From the IMG/VR virus record IMGVR_UViG_3300031994_000062, positions 1 to 64,000 of that record: DNA of 64,000 bases, one strand, 5' to 3'. The notes beneath the pieces were generated by a model. That model saw only the letters and a program-made list of their open reading frames with translations, was not told the DNA's origin and made no database searches. Source of the stretch: a virus (taxonomy: Duplodnaviria; Caudoviricetes). Positions 11,201 to 22,100 of the stretch are shown here, one piece after another. The number at the start of each line of letters is the position of its first letter. Within the stretch, counting starts at the first letter, position 1. Position numbers and translations under genes: made by a program.

Positions 11201-11935
11201 ATTAAGCATTATTGTCTTGGCAATTTGCTCAGTCATCCTTGAATTATCGTATGCTTCAATCTGGGCATCCCAATATCCACGTTCTGCTTCAGATGTTGCC
11301 GCAGATTTCATAGCTGTAAATCCGCCGCGAAGTTCATCACAGACAGGAATACCAATTCTCCAAGCATTATGTATTACATGGGGATAATTTACAAGGAGTT
11401 GCTGTAGATAAGCATAAGATGTATTTTCATTCATCTGAGCCAGAAGAGCATCGTTTTCTGAAGTATCACGATAGAAGAGTACGCGATCCCGAAATAGGTT
11501 ATACCAAACTCCGGGAGTCACGTAGTATGTATATACATTATCAGTTGCTATCATTTCCGAAGATGTCGGAGATGCTGTATTAACATCAAATGTAGAAAGG
11601 TCATACCGATGTAGAATGTAGTCGTAAGATTTTGCCGTTACACTCATATATTCCTTAATCCCGTCATTATGCACTACGGGAGAATCGTCAATGATAAACC
11701 ATCCATAATGATCAACAAATAATTCCATCATCACATCTATATAGTCATACCAGGCAGTTAATTCGCCGTCATGATATTTATAAACGTCAAATGTGATTTC
11801 GTCTGCATTAACAAAGTCGATATTTAACGAACACGAATTTGCATCAACACCATTTAAACATCCTATGATATGTTTGCCGGGCCTTGCTATATAGATGCGC
11901 GAAGGATCCGTTCTTCCATAAACGTCATATTGCAT
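8225..11935 (-). CDS. Tal-like tail tip / baseplate hub protein
   Basis: 1236 aa directly after Dit. Contains FxFDTVNNVINAY and a coiled-coil C-terminal part. Canonical TMP-Dit-Tal order. Confidence 0.7.
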   Translation of the reverse strand: MQYDVYGRTDPSRIYIARPGKHIIGCLNGVDANSCSLNIDFVNADEITFDVYKYHDGELTAWYDYIDVMMELFVDHYGWFIIDDSPVVHNDGIKEYMSVTAKSYDYILHRYDLSTFDVNTASPTSSEMIATDNVYTYYVTPGVWYNLFRDRVLFYRDTSENDALLAQMNENTSYAYLQQLLVNYPHVIHNAWRIGIPVCDELRGGFTAMKSAATSEAERGYWDAQIEAYDNSRMTEQIAKTIMLNYPQLITEVKVAFDKDEYEYSMASGKYEKTGKELTAYEIMTMERQRMKELSLLDLVISDIPGWSIGYIDTATYAESNGVILANEVGSFEIDSQDVYTFLVSELAGYFNCIFDFDTVNNVINAYRIETIGDDTKIFLSFRNVQNSVDVTPAQELFTQFTVANSEGLSILYANFGDTDIEDISYFLNTKYLPQSTIDKYRAWYDFRESKRDEYIELSRSYNNQYNIAMEIKDRVPSDMLNISQLSGYTSQDQLEEEIDNYYALMIGMLDSFIYTSKDDIQPPSARELYPTFADYITAMNNYIEQLEELVDKNKEEEATAFKDSLYYNSYYMMKTFTVPNLIITYDNLMLPSYETKKKYYEAYEYDFREKDEGGFGWLYGVDELKAYQKTHADKVAVYQEYATAWEDIPDTPEGDEFRAKHIESTYREKHDLYVKYKNGYDSATAALAIRQREYDDAYAIAEDIDEERSALADSVKKENWNDFTNLDLIRLSRLVRHTDYVNDNIAYLENIDTSSTVIDKHIEMYNEALEELFAESHPQYTYATSVDDVLANNEYEPFHPEFKVGNFIRIGLDDETQVKLRLIGISFNPMVYDQNMELTYSNMVRYRKKRNDFVSLVESTIQSAKNQISARYNKSADADNTVTVTYDLVQKILQSSAFTGYAQNIQNSTINAAAGNIDSLSAEYIKTSELAAKVADIDTLYADSAFMNTLQTNLMMADTAFANYLQTVSQTVVTSTVSTEYVMNLVAGHISAGDLTAGDIVLTDSMRIISQNENGGNLLFNGSTLQFTDANGDVGIQIGYGNETYPHMVIKDENGAAMFTSSGITANGIPTGIIVNNMISDNTIEKEKLGFEIIEPNQYGGIDITQIYDGSGGVFGVEYTTFKNDTNQALSDLDEKIDNSATYTLYIDCPNGTNIYGQNVILNAKLFKNSVEVTNDFDDEYFTWTRQSNDHYGDVYWNDNHQSGTKTITVTANDVSINADFKCVFEYEGTTVISE

Positions 11936-12753
11936 TAATATGCACCCACTTTCACGGGATACCTAAACTTGAATTCGACGATGGCATTATTGGTGACTGT
12001 GATTCTGTTATCACCTCTAATCAATCTGAACCAATATATATAATCCTGTTCATCAATCTCAAGGTCGTCAAACGATATGAGAGTGCCGTATCGATCGGTT
12101 ATGGTCATTTTCTGGCAATCCATAACTACGGGATTTTGGAGTTGCATATTCTTTAAAGTAACATGTCGATTTCCATCTGATAAATTTCGCAATGTGATTG
12201 AGTGATTTCCAGAAATTGTTGGAGTAATGGTGATCACCGGATATACGTAATCTTCATATTCGTCTGACAAATTTTTGACTACTCCTGATGCGTCATCAAT
12301 TGTATATGTTTGCTCAGGAGATAGAGCATAAGGTGTATTGCATTCAAAAGTACAATTAATCACATAAGGATTATTATCGGCGGTTTCTACGTTGGTGAAT
12401 ACACCGTAATAGTCATATTCGGTTTGACCAGGTTCGTAGTCATACATATGAAAAAGTCGCGGCGTATTTGGAGATGTCAGCCAGGCGGCGATTTTGCGTA
12501 ATTCCTGACGTGAGAATTTGAGATCTTTCTGGTCTTGGAATTTACACACATCTCTCATAATATGGATTGTAAATGTCAATACTGAATCGTAATTAATTCC
12601 ATATACATTTACCCGGCGGCGATATTTATTTATACTTGATGCCGTTGTTGAGCGTTTCATATTTAGCGGTATATCCGTTGTCTGAAATCCGCCAATCATA
12701 AGATTCATATCGTCTGAGTCTACACCATTATAAGTAAATGATCTTCCATACAT
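11935..12753 (-). CDS. Distal tail protein (Dit)
   Basis: Follows TMP. Motifs FTYNG, IAAWLT, FECNTPYALS, FRLIRGDNRI. ATG at 12753 with an aggaggg RBS. Confidence 0.75.
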   Translation of the reverse strand: MYGRSFTYNGVDSDDMNLMIGGFQTTDIPLNMKRSTTASSINKYRRRVNVYGINYDSVLTFTIHIMRDVCKFQDQKDLKFSRQELRKIAAWLTSPNTPRLFHMYDYEPGQTEYDYYGVFTNVETADNNPYVINCTFECNTPYALSPEQTYTIDDASGVVKNLSDEYEDYVYPVITITPTISGNHSITLRNLSDGNRHVTLKNMQLQNPVVMDCQKMTITDRYGTLISFDDLEIDEQDYIYWFRLIRGDNRITVTNNAIVEFKFRYPVKVGAY

Positions 12754-12769
12754 CTGTATCCCTCCTTTC

Positions 12770-12797
12770 AAAAAGGAGGTAGGATTAACCTACCCCC
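12770..12797 (-). terminator. Intrinsic terminator-like hairpin after TMP
   Basis: Minus strand ggggtagg-ttaat-cctacctcc followed by ttttt. Confidence 0.6.
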
Positions 12798-14563
12798 TAA
12801 AATCTAATTTTATGTCCGAACATTCCGAAGTCTTCGGTAAGTTCTTTTGTGAATTGGTTAAATCTTTGATCCATGATGCTGCGGATTTGATCTACAGTAT
12901 CTTGATCTGCGTTTCCTTGGATTACTATAGAGTTGTCCATTCCGCTCATATCGATGACAGGCTTGATATTTACTACTTTGCTTCTGTCAACAACATTTTG
13001 GTCAACTGAATCCATAGTTAATCCTTTTGCGAGTTTCCATAAATTGTCGGTCATTTCTGCTGTGAAGACTTTGTCGCCTTGACCAAGTGGCGTAAGCATA
13101 GCTCCGTCGGATCTACGGAAGATTGCTTCCTGTCCTTTTTCTTGTGTCCATGCAAGCTGGTCTTTGTTAACATAACGGGATCCTTTGGCAAGACCTTTGA
13201 AAGTTAATTGTTTCAGTTTATTATATAAAGGACTTCCTTTTTTCATATTGGTATATGCAACACCAAGCATTGCTGCAAGTTTTTGTGGAACATTATCTTC
13301 TGTTCTTAAAATCTTACCTCCAGTCCAGTCGTATACAGCTTTATTTAAATCTGAATACTCAGATCGCTTTCTCTTTGCAGGAGTTGCATATGCTTGTATA
13401 TATGACCAGGCCTTGAAAGCTTCTGATGAAGGCGACCTATATGGAAGTTTTCCCGAAATCGTTGTTTTTGTCCATGAACCAGCCATAGAATTTGACAATC
13501 CAGATGAAGCCTGATTTGATTGTTTTGCTTTTTGCGCAGCGGCTTTGGCGGCCTCTTCTTGCTGTTTCTTCTTAGCTTCATCAGCAGCTTTCTGAGCCTT
13601 TTCTTTAGCTAGTTGTGCAGCATAGGCATCATCTTTGGCCTTTTTAGCAGCGGCGGCCTCTTTGGCCTTTTTAGCAGCTGCGGCCTCTGCAGCCTTTTTA
13701 TCTGCCTCATCTTTTTCGTCCGCCGCATTATTAGCCTTGTCATTTCCTCCGGTAAGCCGACCTAAATCTTCTTTATCTTCGTTGGTTCCCTGCCCTTTAC
13801 CAATGTCTGCTAAATTCGTATTTCCAGCGTCCTTAACAGTATCTTGCACTTCCTTCTTCAAGTTGCCAAGATTCTTAATAGCAGCCGTCACAGTATCATT
13901 GATAGTTTTAACTGAACTAGCATATCCACCGGCATCTTCAGAAGCTGTTTTCCAAGTTTCTCCGGCACCGGTAATCTTCCCGAAGAAATTATCAACCTGA
14001 GTATTCAAGTCGCCATACTTATCTACAAGTGCTTTGACATTGCCACCATAACTCTTAATATCTGCAACCAAAGCTTCGGTGTTAGTTTTAGAATTAAGAG
14101 CCAGATTATCAAGCGTATCTCCAATTGTCTTGATATTGGATATAACAGTATTGGTGTTATTAGAGAAAACTAAACCATTATTATCTATGATACCATTAAT
14201 CTTTGTGTAAGCAGTAGAATAATGAGCTATGGCCTTTGTGGTATACTGATCTATAACTTGATCCTGAAGTTCTGTGCTACGTTTTGTATTATCGACAATA
14301 CGTTCGTAGGCCTCCTGGGCATCATTTGCAAGTCGATCATAACCTTGTGATCTAAGTTCAATCTCATGATCGAACTTTGTGTCTGCCATTTCTTCACGTT
14401 TACCTTGAAGTTCATTTTGAATAGATGCCAAACGCGCTCTACCGGCTTTATTATTGACTCCTGAAAGTGCTCTTGCCTCTTGTTCAAGATAAGCTATGTC
14501 ACGAGATTGATTAGAGATGGTTTTCTGATAGTCGTAGTATGACTTCATTTTATCAAGGGCTTC
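12797..14563 (-). CDS. Tape measure protein, exon 2 (588 aa)
   Basis: Begins gaa gcc ctt (EALDKMK) right after the intron-terminal G. Continues coiled-coil sequence and ends with the TMP-type motif GLAKGS...AWTQEKGQEAI. Confidence 0.85.
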   Translation of the reverse strand, partial: EALDKMKSYYDYQKTISNQSRDIAYLEQEARALSGVNNKAGRARLASIQNELQGKREEMADTKFDHEIELRSQGYDRLANDAQEAYERIVDNTKRSTELQDQVIDQYTTKAIAHYSTAYTKINGIIDNNGLVFSNNTNTVISNIKTIGDTLDNLALNSKTNTEALVADIKSYGGNVKALVDKYGDLNTQVDNFFGKITGAGETWKTASEDAGGYASSVKTINDTVTAAIKNLGNLKKEVQDTVKDAGNTNLADIGKGQGTNEDKEDLGRLTGGNDKANNAADEKDEADKKAAEAAAAKKAKEAAAAKKAKDDAYAAQLAKEKAQKAADEAKKKQQEEAAKAAAQKAKQSNQASSGLSNSMAGSWTKTTISGKLPYRSPSSEAFKAWSYIQAYATPAKRKRSEYSDLNKAVYDWTGGKILRTEDNVPQKLAAMLGVAYTNMKKGSPLYNKLKQLTFKGLAKGSRYVNKDQLAWTQEKGQEAIFRRSDGAMLTPLGQGDKVFTAEMTDNLWKLAKGLTMDSVDQNVVDRSKVVNIKPVIDMSGMDNSIVIQGNADQDTVDQIRSIMDQRFNQFTKELTEDFGMFGHKIRF

Positions 14564-16190
14564 CGTTGTCTTTACATGGTTCGCTACACCATGCTGAGTA
14601 AAACCCACTCATGTTTTCACATGAGACGAGACTATATCTTATCAAATATTATATGTGTAATTCCTTAGTTAAAATTTTCTCTATATTTTGAGATTCCCAA
14701 TATGGGATCCTGATCAGTTTAATATCATTGTTGTAGCAATAATCGTTTTTAATTTTATCATGCAATTTTGTCATCTCGAATGATTCTTCACCATATACCG
14801 GCTCAAAATGTTGTCTTCCGTCGAATTCAATACATGTATTATAGTCGAAAAGATAAAAATCAAAAGGTAAACATCTTTTATCTTTACAACCATCAAATCT
14901 CTTTTCGTTTTCGTATTCAATATTAAATTTCTCCAAGCAGTTTTCAACTAATCTTTCTCCGCGCGTCTTTTTAGAAGAACAATTGTGACAGCGGATTTGG
15001 CCGCTTTGATAATTTGCTAAACTTGCCAAATATACATTTCCGCATTCTCCGCATTTTATTTTTAAATTTATTGTTTGATTATTTTTGTAATCTTCTGGAT
15101 TCAAAAGAATATTCCCGTTCTCACTTTCAATATATCTAATTAATTGCTCTTTGGATAATTTTAATTTTTCTCCTATTGTTTTTTGAAAACATGAAGGACA
15201 TGTAACTTGATTTGAATTTTTATATTTAGAAAACGACACGGTATATATATTTCCACATTTCCCGCACCTTACATTGAGATTTTTATTATTTACATCTGTA
15301 AAATCATCTGGATTCAAAAGAATATTGCCATTAATAGAATTAATATAATCCTCGACAAATTTCTTAGAATATCTTTTAACTTCTGTGCTCTTTTTAATTC
15401 CACAATCATGACACATCCCGTGACTATTGGTAATATTTGATAAAGAAGAAAGAAATTCTTTTCCGCATGAACCACATATTATTCTTAAGTTTTTCACTTT
15501 CATATTAATATAATCATCAGGATTTAAAAGCTTATTATTATTTTTCGATTCTACTATTTTAATTACCTCTTCTTTACTTAAAGCTTTCTTTCCTTTTAGC
15601 TTTTCGCTATTCGGATGAACACCACCGTTTAATTCTTTTATTTTTTTATGAACACATTTTTTACATGCATATTTTTCTTTGTGATTTTTTGTTTGAGATA
15701 AATACTTGTTGTATGGAAGTATTCTTTTTTCTCCACAATAATCACAGATACATTCGATTTTTACATTTGAATCAGGATTTAAATCATCAATATCGACTTC
15801 AAATTCATCAAATCTTCCAGTGTATTCATACCCTTTATTTTTATAATAAGAAATTATTGAACCAGACCATTTTAATTTGATCTTTTGTGGTTTAACTAAT
15901 ATTGTAATCATCTCCTTATATTTCTATCTTTTTGACAAAAAAATAAGACCACCCGAAGGTAGTCACACACATAATATTTGATATTCACCTTTTCAAACCG
16001 CCAATAGCTTGCGGCCCTACTCCCAAAATGGGATAGTCGTTGAAGTTTCTCCTGTTCGGAGCTTACCTGCTGATTACCCAATTCTCATAATTTTCAAACA
16101 TTCACGCTCAAGTTTATTTCATCATCACGTTGTAGTTTATGAGACTCTAAGGGTGTTCCAGCAATTAAATGAATATGCGCAAATAATTTC
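14564..16190 (-). mobile_element. Group I intron (1627 nt) in the tape measure gene, endonuclease in loop L8
   Basis: Core elements AAUUGCUGGAA, AAUCAGCAG, UCAACGACUA and AAGAUAUAGUCU. P7 GACUA/UAGUC, P3 AUAUUCA/UGAAUAU, P1 exon GCGU with IGS GCGC. P8 arms flank the ORF. 5' exon ends in U, intron ends in G, and the join is in frame. Confidence 0.9.
14649..15911 (-). CDS. Intron-encoded homing endonuclease, zinc-ribbon repeats + Vsr/DUF559-like PD-(D/E)XK domain
   Basis: Repeated CxxCG modules, then LPFDFYL...CIEFDGRQH...DKIKNDYC...LIRIPYW. Confidence 0.85.
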   Translation of the reverse strand: MITILVKPQKIKLKWSGSIISYYKNKGYEYTGRFDEFEVDIDDLNPDSNVKIECICDYCGEKRILPYNKYLSQTKNHKEKYACKKCVHKKIKELNGGVHPNSEKLKGKKALSKEEVIKIVESKNNNKLLNPDDYINMKVKNLRIICGSCGKEFLSSLSNITNSHGMCHDCGIKKSTEVKRYSKKFVEDYINSINGNILLNPDDFTDVNNKNLNVRCGKCGNIYTVSFSKYKNSNQVTCPSCFQKTIGEKLKLSKEQLIRYIESENGNILLNPEDYKNNQTINLKIKCGECGNVYLASLANYQSGQIRCHNCSSKKTRGERLVENCLEKFNIEYENEKRFDGCKDKRCLPFDFYLFDYNTCIEFDGRQHFEPVYGEESFEMTKLHDKIKNDYCYNNDIKLIRIPYWESQNIEKILTKELHI

Positions 16191-19100
16191 ACGCCTTAAA
16201 TCAATATTTTCTTGAAGCAGTTCATTCTCACGTTCAAGTTGATCGTAATACAACTCAAGAATTTCACCACGATAATCAGCAATACGCTTTGCTTCCTCGG
16301 AAATTCCGTCCATATATTCATTCTGAAGCTCTATAGCTTTTTCTTGAGTGATGTTACCATTGTCAAGATCTTCCTGAACTTTGTCTAATGCGATTCTATA
16401 ATTACTGATAATCTTATTTGAGTTTTCAATAAGTTCTGTCAGCATTGCCAAATCTGCATAAGTATCATCAGTAAATCCACCATCTTTACCAACAAGATTA
16501 TCTTTATTGATAAATTCTCGGATAGTTTCAAGTTCAGATGTCGTACGAGTCAATGTTTCCAAGAAATCTCTGAAAGGTTTCCAACGGAGTTCTACAATTT
16601 TATCGGAAAGATCTTCGATAGCGTTAGCAGCACTAAATATGCTTTCACTGGCTTGTTTAGCATCTTCGTTCCACTGATTCCACTCCTCGGATCCGATTTC
16701 AAGATTCGCCATTTGTTCTATAGCTTTTTCATAAACTTCCGTTGATTTCTCTATTGCGGCAAAATTAGCATTCAGCTGTTCTTGAAGGGCTGTTTCGTCA
16801 TATCTGAAAATTGCCTTATCTGCCCTATCGCCAAAGTATTTTCCGCTTATACGTTCAGCGTAGTCATTTCTGGTACTAAGACGATCTATAGTATCCTGAA
16901 TTCTCTTAAGCTGATTCTGCAAATTAGTAAAATCAAGACGTACAAGAGTATTCTGAAACTCTTTGAGATCCTTTTTAGCGTCAAATGTTGCACCTCGAAG
17001 ACTAGTTAACTGAGCCTCCATTTCATACCATTGTTGTGTACCTTTTTTAAGTTCACCAGATTTAATTTGTTCAAGGACTTCTGCTTCGTATTTTGATAAA
17101 TTAGATTCAGCATTAGAAACGGCATTTTTCTTAGCCTGCTCTTCTATTGCAAAAGGAGTAGATTGACTGGTGAACAGCTGTCCTCTGGCTTTACCAAGTT
17201 CAACGTAGGATTCAACTTCTGACGCTCTTGCGGAAAATGTTTCGCCGATTTTATCATACCAATTATTAATATTTTCTAATCTCTTTGCGGCATTTTCATA
17301 AAAAGCATCCAGATAAGCATCTTCTGCAACTAAGAAATTATCGTGAGCGGTAACATTAGCGTCAATTGATGCATTATAAGCCGCAACCGCTTTTTTAGTT
17401 TTTGTGCTCCAAGAATCTTTAATTTCTATCTTTTGACGTTTGTCAATAGCATCTTGATATTTCTTCTTATCTTTTTTGTTTATTTTGGAATTCTTAATTA
17501 CATTCTTAGCATTCTTGCTTGAAGACTTAAGATCGGATTGGGTTGTGTTATATGCAGTTTGGCGTTCTCCCATCTGATTCTTTAAGTTGGTAGTTTCCGA
17601 ATTCAGATCTGCGTTCATTTGTCCTATAGCAGTAGTTTTACCGTCTTTGCTATTACGATATACATATTTGGAATTTCTCTCAGAATTTCTCTTAAGGTCT
17701 TCTAATTCTTTATTTAATTTTTCGACGGCTTTGTCAGCTTTAACATTTGGAATGTCTTTTAATTTAGTATAAAGTTCCTGAAGGTTGTCGGTTAAATCGA
17801 TAACAGCTTTAGATGCTGTTTTAGATTTTTGATACCAAGTATCTATATCTTTGATCAATGACATACGTTTTTCGCCGTAACTAGCAATGGTAGATTTTGT
17901 AAACTGACCCTTTTTGTTTTTCTTTATACGACCTTTTTCAAGATCCTCAACGATTTTATTAACCCATTTATTATTTTTATTGTCAATTTTATCGCCCTTT
18001 TTCGCCTTCTTGTTATATACTTCTACGCCTTTTTTGCCGACAGATTTGGCCTTTTTCTTATATCCAGAAGCAGCAGAACTGTTTGCGTTTAATTCTTTTG
18101 TTAAGCTACTTATGGCTTTATTGTAAAAATTCCTTTGAGTTTCGGATCCTTGATTGACTGCCTTTTCAGCTGCAGTTGTCCACTGAGCAGTTAAGTCTTT
18201 AAGATGTTCAAGTCTAATCTCGACCCAATCAAAAAGACTGGAAACCCATTTTTGAAATGCGTCCCATGCTTTATCTTTTTTAGATCCGTTCTTGTTGCCT
18301 TTCTTACCAGACTTCTTACCGCCAGATTTCTTGGAAGTTTTCTTTCCGCCGCCGGAAGATGTGGAAGAACTACTAGAAGAAGATGTTCTATTTAATTTTC
18401 CGCCATTTTTCCCTAAATAAGCCGTTCCGCCAATGTAAGCATAATAATCTTCATCTTCGTCATCATAAAATTCAAAATCGTCATAGTAATAATCTTCATC
18501 GTCCAATGTGGAACCATGAGCAAATGCAGATCCATGCAGATTAGATTTCCCTCTGGTCGAGGTGGAACCGTTGTTTAATAATTCTTCAGTCTGCTTAGAA
18601 TTAAACACAACGGAATGTGCCGGGATATGAGTAAATTCTGGACCATTTTCGCCTACTAGCCACCATCTATTTCCGTTAACAACCATTTCAGGCGCGACTT
18701 CACCAACTAAAGCGTTCTCATCGGATTTAGTCTGCCATTTTTTGGGATAGTTATTAGTGTCAATAGGAGTGTGTTTTAAAGATTTATCTGGAAGACCTGA
18801 GATCCAAGAAGGAGTTCCGGATGCATGGGCGGTGCCGTGAAGATGTTCTGTTTCAGTGCCACCTTTACCATGATTGCCTCTCTCTGTGGAAACTATTGTT
18901 TTCTTATGCGTTACAAGATTTACAGTCTTATCTTTTAACTCTCTCATTTTAGAAACGATAGAACTAATGGCAGATTTCGCTGTTTCTGCGCCATTTGCGG
19001 CAATATTAAAGTGTTTGTTGGGAATATTTTTATTGATAACAGACTGTATTTTGTTTAACGCATCTTTATTGTCTCCTCTAATTAATGCTTTTTTTTCTTC

Positions 19101-22100
19101 AGGAGAAAGAGTATTCCATGCATTAATAACCCAAGTAGCTTTATCTTTACCGTTTAATTCTGCAAATTGCGGAATAGGAGATAAGGAATTCCACAATCCA
19201 ATAATAGCAGTGGCCTGATCTTCGCCAGTAAGAGTAGCAAATTGTTCATCTGCTTCAAGCTGATTCCATGCATCGATTATCGGCGTAGCATTGTCTTCGC
19301 CAATTAATTCGGCAACAATAGTCTGTGCTTGAGGAATTGAAGTAAATTCATTTAATTCAGCTTGTGCCTTGGACAAATCTACCTGCGGAACTATCACAGG
19401 ATTTGCCAATGGTGCCTGTAAAGTCGACTTTTTCGGCTGTGACTGGGTCTCAGTTTTTTTCGGCGTTGTTTCTGTTTTCGTTTCAGTTTTTGAAGAAGTG
19501 CTACTATCTCTTTCCGAATAAGATCTTTCCTTATTTGCTTCTATTTGCTGCTTTTTGTATTCTTTAATAGCTTTAGTTCCGCCTTTATATTTAGAGGCGA
19601 GTTTTTCGACTGTCGTGCCCTGTTTTTTAGCGGCAGCTTCGAGCTTTTTGTATTGTTGCTCTACATCTTTACCAGCATTAAAGTTTTCAGTAAAAGCTTT
19701 AGCAAGTTTCTTATTATTTTTAGCTTGCTGTTCTGCGGAACCGTTGTTATATTTAGATGTTGTCTTATCATCTTTACTGGTTTTACCGGTAGTCTCATCG
19801 ATAGTCCCCTGAAGCTCATCTTTAACATTTTGCTTAAATTCCGGAAGTTTCTCAGCGAGAATTTGATCCATATTACCTTCAATAAACGTAGACCAATCCA
19901 TACTTTCGCCACTAGCTAACAATTGTTGGTAGGACAATTGCAATTCTTCGATAGCTTGTTTTTCTTGAAGAAGTTCTTCTCGTCTGGCTTCTGTGGTACT
20001 TGCTAATTTTAATTCAGAATTAATGTCATTAATCTTATCAAATGAAGCACCATATCCTCTGTTATTACTTGCCGTAATACCGGTTTGTTTTTCTAACAGA
20101 TCTCGTCCTTCTTCTAGTTTCATTATTTGAGAAGAAGCATTTTCTTTAGACCAGCCATTATTTAAAGCATCTTGTTGAAGCTGATTTAAATCATATAATA
20201 CTTGAGACAAATCATATTCAAACTTAATTTTAACAATAGCTTCATCATCTAATTCGCCAAGGTCTTCTTGATATTTTTCGTACTCCTGATCAAATCCTTG
20301 AAGTAAAAGACCTAATCTATCCTTTGCTTCACCGGGCTTCATAGATTCATAAAGCTGTTGAACGTTTTCAAGATTTTGACGATATTCGTCTAATTTCTGA
20401 CCGGACCACTCAATTCCTGTAAACTCAAAACCGTAATCTTTAAGTCTATTAAGTATGGTCTCAGTAGCCTGAACACTAAGCCCCATTTTTTCTGCGGCTT
20501 CAGCTGTGGTTTCGAAGGTATTTTTGGTTTCTCCGGTCTCTTTATTAACCCATTTCATAACTCCCTTTTCGACAGCGTCGTCACGGAAATTGATCATGCT
20601 ATCCATCGGATTTTCGGAATCAAAATATCTCTTGATTTTCTTTTGGGCTTTCTTCCAAGCTTCAATATAGGCATCAGAGTTGAAACCTTCGGTTACTTTA
20701 ATCTGTTTCGGACTCATAAACTGAGCAAGAGTTTGGAAATCGTCAGTGCCTACAAGTCCCTTTTTGTAAAGATCTTTACCGTTCTTTAGCCATCCGGCCA
20801 TAGATTCCCAATTGGCCCCAGCATTTTCGGATTCTTGGGCAGCTTTGACACCTTCGAAAGATCCATCTACTTCAAACACTTCTTTAATCTTAGCCTTGGT
20901 TTCATCTGCATTTACTTTGAGATCGTCGAAATATGAATTTAAAGATTCAACAGCAGATATAGTACCACCAGCACCATCGGCAATATCATAAAGGTTTATA
21001 TCTTCAACAGTATAACCAATTTCTGCAAGGGCTTCAGACGCAGATTTTCCATCGTTGACGGCATCGGTAAGATATTGTTTAAGCTCTTGGCGAGACTTAT
21101 TTGTGGCTTCGTCTGTCGAAGTAAAGGCAGATTCAATATTCTTACGCATTAAATCAGTAGGATCCTTTGTATCGGAAAGCGCGTTGCTAGTTTGTTGAAT
21201 GGCAGATTCAATCTGATGATATGCGTCGGCAGCTTTATCGTCAGATAAATCAAGGGTGTCTTTATATTTAGCCATTTCTGTACTTCCTTTGGTCAACGCA
21301 TCGGTAATATCATCCACCCGTTTTTTGGCATTGTCGTAACGCTTTTGAACTTCAGGTCGAATTTTTCCTTTCTTTTCATCTTCGTCATAAGCCTTTTGTG
21401 CTTCATCTAATTCTTCCTGAGCTTCTTTTAAGGCTTTTAAATTGTTTAATTGACCTTCTACTAATTTACTCTTACCGTAGACCTTTTTAGTGGGATCATA
21501 AACACCTGCTGGAAGTCCTGATTTGGTGTAGTCAACAGTTCCTTTGTCGGAATTTAAAGCTTTCAATGCAGAATCGCTGGCACGTTTTTTCTCGGAATCC
21601 ACAAGTTCTTGTTGGATATTTCTCATGTCCTCAAGTTCACGCTTTTGTGCTTCAAGATTTGCGAGTTCTGCTTTGTCTGTAAATGTTAATTTATCTTTAG
21701 AATTAATTTCATCAATTCTAGAATTGATATCTTGGATTTTCTTATCTGTTTTGTCGAGTTCTGTAAGATCCTTGCTGTATTTTTCATTGTCTTCGTCAAA
21801 CTTTTCAGATTTACGATCATAATCCTTTTCATACCATTTTGCTACACTTATAGCCGCTAATAATGCAGCAATTCCGCCAATTGCAAATTTCCACTTAAAC
21901 AAGAAACTTCCTATTTTTTTTACAGTTTCTAATAAACGACTGAAACCAGTATTTGCTGCTGCGGTTCCTGCCGCGACTCCTCCGGCGGCGGCTTCAATAC
22001 CTTCCATCTGTAAAGCTGCAGCTCCAGTAGTTCCGGCAAATTCCTCCAAATCATCTGCGGCGTCAGCCAATTTTACAACTCCAGAATTAGCATTGCTACC

